This document shows, piece after piece, positions 10,681 through 21,474 of a stretch of DNA of 64,000 nucleotides (position 1 is its first letter; each line of letters starts with the position of its first letter). A program made the translations under genes and the position numbers. Under the pieces are notes generated by a model. That model had not been told where the DNA came from and searched no databases. It worked only from the letters and a program-made list of their open reading frames with translations. Source of the stretch: Eledone cirrhosa (taxonomy: Eukaryota); assembly GCA_964016885.1 (NCBI GenBank), contig OZ024743.1, positions 171,430,001-171,494,000 on the forward strand, written 5' to 3'.

Positions 10681-13600
10681 GGCGACCTACGTAGTAAATC
10701 GTATCATCGTGAGCTCCGAAAAGGTTTGTTATTTCCGTTTGTTAAAAATTGCCATTTATGGAAAATGTTATTGTTAACTGTTTATAAGCGCACATACATT
10801 GTTTTCCGAAAAGGACACCCAAAAAGATTGGGGCCTTGTGCCCCAAATTTAAACATTTATAATTATCAAAAAATTTCTTTGAAAAAAAAAACATGGAAGT
10901 CTCACAGCCACACGAAGCTGACAGCCTTCCTCATAATCTAACACCTCACACCGAGACCACCATTGTAAATATTACTACGTTTGCCAACACTATATATTTA
11001 ATCAGTAGCAATATTTTAAATTTGTCTCAGGCAGACATTCATTTCCCACCATTACCAAAGACTGCAGGTGTTAAAGCCGCCACCACCACCACCACCACCG
11101 CGACAACCCCCCCCCCCCCCCCCACCACCACCACCACCGCGACAACAGAAACAAAAGGAAAAAAAAATCAACTCGTGATGTCGAAATGTTTTCAACAAGA
11201 ATGGACTCTTCCACACCGAACACGACTGACGCCACCACCACCACAACTGAAACTAAAACTAATAATAAGAAAAATAACGATAACAACAACAGAAAAAATG
11301 ACATTAAAAAAACCACCCTGAGTTTTGCCAGAGTAGCAAAACAGTGCGAAGCATTTACGGTAACTCAGGAGGAATTAGAAAATGCCAAAAAAATGGTAAA
11401 GAAAGATGGGTACAGGGTCAGCCCCCCCCCCACCTAATAAAATGGACCATCGGCGCCTATGCACCGTGTCGTATCGAACAATTAATGTAAAATCGCACCG
11501 AGTGGAACGGGAATCCGAGTCCCAAATCCAAAAGGCTTTGGGACATGTGTGGGCAAGAAATACCCACATCAGACGTGGGCAGAAGTATGGAACCGTGGAG
11601 AAAGTTTGAAACACCAGAGGAGGCTAGAGAACACTCCATGGCCCCATTAAGAAGTGACGACTTCACACTCGTCCCAAGCTATTGTGGCCAGAGACTCGTA
11701 AAGATCAGGGTGACCCACGTTCCACCGGCCATCGAAATTCCCTGGCTAATAGCGGCCGTCCTTGCCGGCATCGAAGCCAACACAAAGATAATAGCAAAGA
11801 AAAGCAGGAGAACTGGTCCGGATCTGGGATGGAGCTCCTGATCCAAGCGGACCAAAAAAGCATTGAGGAGATCCCAGAGGTAATAGACCTCACTGACGGC
11901 ATCCACCTCACCGTAATTGTCGAGGGCAGAAGGCCTAGGTGTGTCGTTTGTGGTGAAGGAACCCACCTAAGGGCTTTCTGCCCTCAGGCTAAAATGTTGA
12001 GGCCACCTCTCCTACCCACACCAGTGACTCAACCATCAACACCACCAGTAGCAGAGATGGCAGCAACAACTTTAACAGCAACAACAGAAGCAACTATAAT
12101 AGCAACACCACCACCCAACGCTTCAGAACTAGCACCAGCGCCTATACCATCTACCACGCCACAACCAAAACTAACGCCTGTGGAGGATTTTCCACTCCCC
12201 GGCCTATCACAACTGGAGACAGATTGTGACGACGAGGAGTGGGACACGGTATCAGGAAAAAAGATGAAAAGAAACCAAATAAGAAAAAAATTCTCTTCCT
12301 TCTCCCTCCAAAAACAAAATACAGAGGGAAACAAATAAATTAACAAATAAAAAAGTTAGGACAGATATGCCACCATCCACACCAGCATAACCAACCCCAT
12401 CACCCCAAACACCAACACCATCACCATCATTAACCCCAACACCACCATCACCTAAACCACAAAAGTCACCAAAATGCGAAACAGAAACGAACCCACAACA
12501 AACGCAAACAAAACAAAACAACCAAAACGATACACACTACACAGCATTAAATTTGAACAACAACCAATTATTACACTACATCCAACACAACACCAGCATC
12601 ACAGAAAAAGACTACACAACAACCCAAAAATTCACACCACCTCCACACATACAAATCACTAGCACCACACAGAAAACGTACATGACACTAAAACAAAAAT
12701 TCCCCAAAGACATCGTAGACTTCCGACAAGCACTCTCCAGGAGGATTTATAAGGGCATCCTTCCCGAGGAGGCCACAAGCAGTGAAAAGGATGGAAAAAC
12801 CGTCCTTCCTCTACGAGAAGTAAGGTAAGATGTCTTTCCCATCTTTTCCACTCCATTTCAACATGACCTCACTCAGAATAGGCAGCATAAATGCGCGTGG
12901 CTTGGCGTCGTCAAGGAAGCAGGGCCAGCTGCTGAACGACCTCAGGTCACTAAACATAGATGTAGTGACCATCAGCGAGACCAGAATCTCCGAAGCACGG
13001 GCCTTCGCACCGATCTTCGGCGGCTACGATGTGTACGCATCTCCCAGCCGTCCGGGATCTGGGGAGGAGTTGCTGTGCTTTTTCGGAGAGGTTTGGATCT
13101 TAACATACGGACCATCTTCCTGGACCCAGAAGGTAAGTTGGTGGTGCTGGGCTGGACGTGACCAGCGGAGACGGGCAAGCTTTCAGGTTAGTGGCCGTCT
13201 ATGCTCCGACAGGAGCAGGGCGGCCTGATTTCTTCCGGCGTCTGGAGACCTTTCATGGAACGTCCCGCTCTTTAGTGTTGTGGGCGACTGGAACGGGATC
13301 TTAGATGCACGCTGGGATTGTGTGGGATTAGTGGATAGGGGAGGAGGGTGCAAGAGTCTCACCAACCTGCTCAGGCGTTTTGAACTGTCTGACAGGTACC
13401 GATTGGATTTCCCGAATGTACCAATGTGGACTTGGACAAATCGCATAGGGTCATCCAGATAATATCTATATAGAGTATTTTGTAGGGAAATAGATAGGTC
13501 TAGCATAGGTTATCCACAATTCAAGATAGTCAGCTACACGGACCACAAATTCGTGATCTGTGTGCTTGACTTAGATAGGCTTCATAGACGAGGACCCGGC

Positions 13601-16527
13601 TATTGGAAGCTAAACGCGTCTTTACCAGCGCGCAAGGCCTACAGAGACCGGATTAGCGAACTAGTTAAGCGGGCGTTGACGGGGGCCATCGTCAAAAACA
13701 AGTGGTGGTTTGCGCTGAAAAGAGCAATTAGAATATAGTTCATTAGGTTTAGTAAGGCTTTAGCAATAGAGAAAAATAGAGCAGAGGGAGAATTAGTTAG
13801 AAAATTAGACGAGGCGCTTTGCAAAGGCATCGCGACCGACGTACTTGCGGCGAAATTGGCCCTTGAAAATTCTTCAATTCAAAGCACGAAGGCTGCGTTG
13901 TCAGTGCTAGGGTACGTGCTCTCAGACACGAGGGGACGAAAGCCGTTCAATGGGCCCGAGTGGCGGAGGTGCGTCGTGGCAACAAAGCCACGATCCGGTC
14001 TTTGGTGGACCACGACGGACGCATGCTACTCGATCCCGGGCAAATGTGTGAAGCTTTTCAGCGACACTTCGCCCAACTGTTCGGGGGCAGCGGAGGGCCG
14101 GGTCGAGGGATGGACTTTAGTGTCTACCTCGACGGACTGCCGCGGCTCTCGGCCACTGAGGCGGAGTGTTGCGAAAAGCCGATAACAGTCGCTGAAGTAC
14201 GGGTGGCAATGAGGCTGCACAAGGGGTAATCGCCTGGTTTGGATGGTCTGCCCTATGAACTTTACGTACAAATGCCAGACTTGTTCGGAGGCCTCTTGGC
14301 GGACGTCTACTGCAACTGGCAACAGAACGGGAGAATTCCCAGCTCTGTGAGCCGAGGAGCGGTGGCGCTGCTGAGAAAGGATCCGAACAAGGGGGATAAC
14401 ATAGATAATTTTAGGCCCATAACTCTGCTAAACTAAGAGTTCAAGATTTTGGCCAAGGTGCTAGCAAAGAGGTTGGCGCTTGTCGTTGGTGGTCTGGTGG
14501 GAGAGGCGCATACATGCGCCATTCCCGACAGATCCATCCACGACAACCTCCACCTCATGCGATACATCGTAGAGAGGGTAGTTAGGGAACCTGGCACGGG
14601 TAGGTCTTTGATAAATTGAGATCAGTCGAAAGCCTTCGATAGGGTCGACCATCGTTACCTAGCGGCAGTCATGAGGGCGGCTGGCTTTGGGCCCGGCTTC
14701 AGAGGCTGGATCGCTGCCATGTACAGCGACATCTGCTCTGTGGTGAGAATGAACGGTCACCCTTCGGAACCGTTCAACATCATGCGCTCGGTCCGCCAGG
14801 GATGTTCCTTCTCGTCCCTCTTGTACGTATTGACTCTCGAGCCATTACTGCACAAACTGGAGACGTTGAGGGGGGTCCCGCGCGAACTAGGATGCGGAAG
14901 ATCCGTGTCAGCATATGCGGACGATGTCACCGTAGTGGTGTCAAACGCCAAACACGTCGAGGCGATCGGCACTACACTAAGAGAATACGAAGCGGTGACA
15001 GGAGCAATGATCAACCAGGAAAAGTCAGTGGGCCTGCAGCTCGGCACCTGGAGAGGCAGGTCTATGCCGTCCAACAGCGTCGTCGGGCGCTGGACGGACG
15101 GACCGGTTAAATTGCTAGGGGTCTGGTTCGGTCCGGACCTCCAGACGGACAAAAACTGGGACGAGATGACGAGCAGGGTGGCTTCTCTCACCCAGAATTG
15201 GGCCGAGAGGAACCTATCCCTGAAAGGTCGAGCGGGGGTGGCTAACGCGTACATCGCGTCCGTCATCTACTACCATCTGACCGTCGTACCTTGTCCTAAG
15301 CTCCGCCTGACTGCGCTGGAGCGTTTGCTCTTTCGCTTCTTGTGGAAGGGACGCGCTCCGATGGTCAGGCGGTCCATCTGCTGTCAACACCCGCTGCGTG
15401 GAGGGTTGGTCATGCCGTGGCTGATGATTCGCAGACACGCGCTCAGGCTACATCTCCACCTCTTCCTCGACGGTGATCAGGTGTGGTCACCGTTTGCTAG
15501 ACGCGTCTTTCCCCAGCTCGTCTTCTTGACGGAGCTGCAGTCCTGGGTCAAGCGAAGACCGAGAGGGAGCGCTTGGAGACTGGAAAAATTTTCAGGCGCT
15601 CACAGCCCTCGACCAATCAGGCAATGTGATCGGTGGAAACTCCACCTTGGCGTTCTATAGAGGACTAGTGGAGGGGAAGAGCGACGACGTACTTGGAGAA
15701 ACTCTAGTCGTCGACGAAAATCAACTATCCAATCTCTTTGGAAGGACTTTCGGGCCGGGGCCTATGGATAACTTCCAGAAATCCCTGGCCTGGCAGTGCT
15801 ACCGGGGAGCTTTGCCAGTTCGGGATAAACTCTACAGGCATGGAAGTGCCGTCAGCCGGGCATGTCCGAGATGCGCGCAGGGCGACGAAACCGTCCTGCA
15901 CGCACTCGTCCAGTGTCCGAGCATTGCTGACTTGTGGGTTCATGTCGAACAGCTGCTGTCACGTGTAGGACGGATCTAGCTATCAGCTGAGTCCATCGTG
16001 AGGATTGCCCCGCCCTCTTCCTTTAGCCGGGAAGGGCAGGCTGTTTTTATCTGTCTGGTGGCTATGGCGAAAGAGATAGTATGGTGGACACGTTTGAAAG
16101 GGCTGAAGACGAGCACTTACCTCTTCGGTGATGCCCTGATTAACTTTTTCAAATTTCATTTGAAAAGGAAAATCAGGGTAGAGAGGAAAGTGCTCTCTTC
16201 CCAGCATTTTGTTGAAAGATGGGTGAGAGAAGCAAGTATGGCCCGAGTGAATGGGCCTACCCTGAGTATGTGTCTGTAAATTAAAGGTGGAAAACTGGGA
16301 GAGGGCACTTGCCCTGGTGGTCAGGGTCACTGTGGTCTTTTAATGGGCTTTCTCCACAAATGTCCCTCCGAAGTCTCCCTCCTATTGGGGAATTTTTCTT
16401 TGTTATTTTATTACATCCTCTTTTTTTTTTACACGCAGAAATGCCCAATTGTACCGTCCTGTATTGTCCTGTACTGTCCTTAATGTCTACTTTATGTAAA
16501 CCCTTGTGGTTAATAAAGAAAACAAAA

Positions 16528-16528
<1 letters not shown>
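10681..16528 (+). mobile_element. Tx1/L1-clade LINE copy B, full length but frameshifted (type-B 5' UTR/ORF1)
   Basis: ORF1 fragments 10893-12828 incl. CVVCGEGTHLRAFC knuckle; ORF2 fragments ~12863-16279 near-identical to copy D with many stops. Confidence 0.93.
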
Positions 16529-16561
<33 letters not shown>

Positions 16562-19102
16562 GAATGCTATGGTTGACGGAGGCTCGGCTCTATAAGGTAT
16601 TGTAAATTTTGACCGCTATAACAATTGTAAATTGTTTAAAACTTTAACCAACTTGTAGACAAAAACACCCTCCTCCTCGTGAGTGGGGTCTTTCTGCTCG
16701 TTATTTGGCCCTTCGGGGTTAAATAACCGACTATTGGGGTTTTGTACCCAATATTTATTTTAAACAAAAAAACAACATGGCTACGAAAAAGAATTTTCAT
16801 AGGTCACTCCCACTCATTCCGTCTTCTTCTTCCTCAATCGTCACTACCACAGAGAGAAGATTGTCTCTCTCCCTCCCTTCTTTAAATGTGTCTCTCTCCC
16901 TCCCTTCTCTTTCGCAAGCGACGCCAGAAAAGAAAAATCACGTGCAAAGCGAGCAAGATTTCTCCACGACGACGACAACGACGAAAAAGGTGTGCGGGAA
17001 ATACGAAAACCCATTTCATTCGTCTGACGTCAGGAATAATAGCAGTAGCAGCCGTAATAACAGCAGCAACAGTGACAAGGAAAACAAAAGTAGCAGCCGC
17101 AACAGCATCAGCAGCAGCATAAGCAACAACACCATTAGCAGCAACAACAACAGCAGCAGCAGCAACAACAACAACAACCACAGCAACAGCGGCGGCGGCG
17201 GCGGCAGTAGTCGTAGTAACTGCAGCAACAACAAAAGTAACAGCAGCTCTGACGACGGCAACAACAACAACAGCAGCAAAGAAAAACCAATCTCGTTTGG
17301 AGGTATCGCAAAGAACCTGGAAACCATCCTCATAACAAATGAGGAATTAGAGGAAGCGAAGAAGATGGTGACAAAAACTGGACACCGAGCAATCTGCAAG
17401 GCACCGGAAAAATTTTTTGAAACCCAACAGCACTGTACGGTCACGTACCGTACAGTAAGTACAAAATCCCGTAGGGTTGAAAGAGCCACAGAGGCTCAAA
17501 TACAAAAAGCCTTGGGGTCTGTGTGGCAGCGGAAAACGCACATCACCCGAGGCAAGAAATATGCCACCGTAGACGTACTTTTTGCCACACCCCAGGAGGC
17601 AAAGGCTCAATCCTTAGTGACCCTAAGGAGCGAGGAAATGTTGTTGGTGCCCTCCTACTGCGGGCAAAAAATTGTGTGGGTCAAACTGACCCACGTCCCC
17701 CCCGGGATGGCCCCTTCTTGGCTGGCCACGTCTGTCCTCGTCGGAATCGAGGACAAAACAACTGTACTGCAAGTACAGAAAAAAGTAAGAGAAGATTGGG
17801 TCGGCACCTCCATTGAGATGTTAATCCAAACCAACCAGGAGTGCATCGAAGCTGTCCCGGATATGATAGACTTCGATAATGGCACTCAACTGCCCATAAG
17901 TGTTGAGGGCAAACGCCCGAAATGCTTTCACTGTGGATCGAAGACTCACCTCAGGGCCTTCTGCAACGAGAAGACCCTAAGAAAGGAGAAAACCCCCCTC
18001 CTTCCGAAACCGGCTCCACGGCTACCAGCAACAGGACAAGCGGCAACTAGGAACGATAGGTCCGTGGCACCCATACCCACGCCACGGAAATCAAAAGCAG
18101 CTGCAGCAGTGGAAGTATTAACAACAACAACAGCAATACCAAATGCAGCTGCAAAAGAGACTCCAGTACAAACATCACCAACAACAACAAGTGAAAGAGT
18201 GGAGCTGGTACCCCTCCCCGACCTCACAGAATCAGACATGGAGTGTGAGGTGGGAGAGGGATGACAAAAGGTTGTAAGAAGGCACAAACGCAGAAGCAGC
18301 GCATCGTCGCCTTCGAAAAGGGAGGAAAGAAATGAAAAAAGGGTAAAGGCTACTGCAAAGAGACTCACAGCAGCAACACCACCAACATCATCACCACCCA
18401 CACTAGCACCAACATCACCACCGGCGACAACCCCACCGCCAACAACAACAACACCTTCAACACCACCACCACAAGCACCAACATCGCAAACACAACAACA
18501 AAACACACACACCCAGCAACAACGACAAGAAATGGATCCGGACGGATCCGGCTATCATCTGAGTCCATCGTGAGGATTGCCCCGCCCTCTTCCTTTATCC
18601 GGGAAGGGCAGGAAGTTTTTATCTGTCTGGTGGCCATGGCGAAAGAGATAGTATGGTGGACACGTTTGAAAGGGCTGAAGACGAGCACTTACCTCTTCAG
18701 TGATGCCCTGTTTGACTTTTTCAAATTTCATTTGAAAAGGAAAATCAGAGTAGAGAGGGAAGTGCTCTCTTCCCAGCATTTTGTTGAAAGATGGGTGAGA
18801 GAAGCAAGAATGGCCCGAGTGAATGGGCCTACTCTGATTACGTATATGTAAATTAAAGGTGGAAAACTGGGAGAGGGCACTTGCCTTGGTGGTCAGGGTC
18901 ACTGTGGCCTTTTACTGGGCTTTCTCCACAAATGTCCCTCCCAAGTCTCCCCCCTATTGGGGAATTTTTCATTGTTATTTTTTTGTTACATCCTCTGTTT
19001 TTGTTTTTTACACGCAGAAATGCCCATTAGTACCGTCCTGTATTGTCCTGCATTGTCCTTAATGTCTACTTTATGTAAACCCTTGTGGTTAATAAAGAAA
19101 TC
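16562..19102 (+). mobile_element. Tx1/L1-clade LINE copy C (type-A 5' UTR/ORF1) with ~3.5-kb internal deletion
   Basis: 5' region matches copy D; at ~18533 joins sequence equivalent to ~24583 of copy D; 3' UTR and TTA tail intact. Confidence 0.92.
16777..18264 (+). pseudogene. Tx1 ORF1 (type A) truncated by TGG>TGA
   Basis: Same protein as 19337..21439 up to EVGE; stop replaces Trp. Confidence 0.85.
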
Positions 19103-19336
19103 ATTATTATTATTATTATTATTGAATGCCATGGTTGACGGAGGCTCGGCTCTGTAAGGTATAGTAATTTTTAACCGTTAAAACAATTGTAAATTGTTTA
19201 AAACTTGAACCAAATTGTTGATAAAGACACCCTCCTCCTCGTGAGAGGGGTCTTTCTGTCCGTTATTTGGCCCTTCGGGGTTAAATAACCAGTTATTGGG
19301 GTTTTGTACCCAAAATTTCATTTTAAACAAAAAAAC

Positions 19337-21439
19337 ATGGCTACCAAAAAGAAATTTCATACGTCACTCCCACTCATTCCGTCTTCTTCTTCCTCAATCA
19401 TCACTACAGCAGAGAGAAGATTGTCTCTCTCCCTCCCTTCTTTAAATGTGTCTCTCTCCCTCCCTTCTCTTTCGCAAGTGACGAAAGAAAAAAAAAAGAA
19501 AAGTCTCGTGCAAAGCGTGCAAGGTTTCTCCACGACGACGACGACAGCGACGAAACAGGTGTGCGGGAAATACGAAAACCCAGTTCATTCGTCTGACGTC
19601 AGGAATAATAGCAGTAGCAGCCGTAATAACAACAGCAACAGTGACAATGAAAACAACAGTAGCAGCCGCAACAGCATCACCAGCAGCATAAACAACAACA
19701 GCATTAGCAGCAGCAACACCAACAACAACCACAGCAACAGCGGCGGAGGCAGTAGTCGTAGTACCTGCAGCAACAACAAAAGTACCAGCAGCTCTGACGA
19801 CAACAACAACAGCAGAGAAAAACCAATCTCATTTGCAGGTATTGCGAAAAATTTGGAAACAATCCTCATAACAAATGAGGAATTAGAGGAAGCGAAGAAG
19901 ATGGTGACAAAGAACGGACACCGAGCAATCTGCAAGGCAGCGAAAAATTTTTTCGAAACCCAAGAGCACTGTACGGTCACGTACCGTACAGTAAGTACAA
20001 AATCCCGTAGGGTGGAAAGAGCCACAGAGGCCCAAATACAAAAAGCCTTGGGGTCTGTGTGGCAGCGGAAAACGCACATCACCCGAGGCAAAAAATATGC
20101 CACCGTAGACGTACTTTTTGCCACACCCCAGGAGGCAAAGGCCCAATCAGTAATGACCCTAAGGAGCGAGGAAATGGTGTTGGTGCCCTCCTACTGTGGG
20201 CAAAAAATTGTGAGGGTCAAACTGACCCACGTCCCCCCCGGAATGACCCCTTCTTGGCTGGCCGCGTCTGTCCTCATCGGAATCGAGGACAAAACAACTG
20301 TACTGCAAGTACAGAAAAAAGTAAGAGAAGATTGGGTCGGCTCCTCCATTGAGATGCTAATCCAAACCAACCAGGAGTGCATCGAAGCTATCCCGGATGT
20401 GATAGACTTCGATAACGGCACTCAACTGCCCATAAGTGTTGAGGGCAAACGCCCGAAATGCTTTCGCTGTGGATCGAAGACTCACCTCAGGGCCTTCTGC
20501 AACGAGAAGACCCTGAGAAAGGAGAAAACCCCCCTCCTTCCGAATCCGGCTCCACGGCTACCAGCAACAGGACAAGCGGCAACCAGGAACAATAGGCCCG
20601 TGGCACCCATACCCACTCCACGGAAATCAAAAACAGCAGCAGCAGTGGAAATACTAACAACAACAACAGCAATACCAAATGCAGCTGCAACAGAGACTCC
20701 AGTGCAAACATCACCAACAACAACAAGTGAAAGAGTGGAGTTGGTACCCCTCCCCGACCTCACAGAATCAGACATGGAGTGTGAGGTGGGAGAGAGATGG
20801 CAAAAGGTCGTAAGAAGGCACAAACGCAGAAGCAGCGCATCGTCGCCTTTGAAAAGTGAGGAAAGAAATGAGAAAAGGGTAAAGTCTACTGCAAAGAGAC
20901 CCACAGCAGCAACAACACCAACACCATCACCACCCACACTAGCGCCACCATCACCACCGGCGACAACCCCACCGCCAACAACACCTTCAACACCACCACC
21001 ACAAGCACCAACATCGCAAACACAACAACAAAACACACACACCCAGCAACAACGACAAGAAAATAGCAGAACCACACCCCACCCCCAGAAAAACAAATGC
21101 ACGGCAATAAATACACACAACAAGAAACTAATGACTTACATAATTGAACACACAGACATTTCACAACAGGACTACATAATACCAGCACCAATCAAAACGC
21201 CAACCAACATAAGACTGCTAAAAATAGCACAGAAACAATACACAAATATTAAAACGAAATTCCCCAACGCAGTTGGTGATTTCAGGGACCTAGGAGGAAC
21301 CATCAATCGAAGAGTATACTCAGACATTCTCTTAGAAGAGCCGACGACCAGCCGAAGGGACGATTCAACGGTCCCTTCACCAGACGATCAAGTGAAAAGG
21401 GATGTAAAAACCATCCCTCCTCTACCAAAAGTACGGTAA
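19337..21439 (+). CDS. LINE ORF1 protein (700 aa): Ser/Asn-rich N-terminus, folded probable RRM-like core, one CCHC knuckle, Pro/Thr-rich linker, small C-terminal domain
   Basis: ATG at 19337 (ORF track starts at TTG 19304); CFRCGSKTHLRAFC = CX2CX4HX4C; RRM call is inference from L1/Tx1 ORF1 architecture. Confidence 0.88.
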   Translation: MATKKKFHTSLPLIPSSSSSIITTAERRLSLSLPSLNVSLSLPSLSQVTKEKKKKSLVQSVQGFSTTTTTATKQVCGKYENPVHSSDVRNNSSSSRNNNSNSDNENNSSSRNSITSSINNNSISSSNTNNNHSNSGGGSSRSTCSNNKSTSSSDDNNNSREKPISFAGIAKNLETILITNEELEEAKKMVTKNGHRAICKAAKNFFETQEHCTVTYRTVSTKSRRVERATEAQIQKALGSVWQRKTHITRGKKYATVDVLFATPQEAKAQSVMTLRSEEMVLVPSYCGQKIVRVKLTHVPPGMTPSWLAASVLIGIEDKTTVLQVQKKVREDWVGSSIEMLIQTNQECIEAIPDVIDFDNGTQLPISVEGKRPKCFRCGSKTHLRAFCNEKTLRKEKTPLLPNPAPRLPATGQAATRNNRPVAPIPTPRKSKTAAAVEILTTTTAIPNAAATETPVQTSPTTTSERVELVPLPDLTESDMECEVGERWQKVVRRHKRRSSASSPLKSEERNEKRVKSTAKRPTAATTPTPSPPTLAPPSPPATTPPPTTPSTPPPQAPTSQTQQQNTHTQQQRQENSRTTPHPQKNKCTAINTHNKKLMTYIIEHTDISQQDYIIPAPIKTPTNIRLLKIAQKQYTNIKTKFPNAVGDFRDLGGTINRRVYSDILLEEPTTSRRDDSTVPSPDDQVKRDVKTIPPLPKVR

Positions 21440-21474
21440 GTGGTCTTTCCCATCTTTTCCACTCTATTTTAAAC

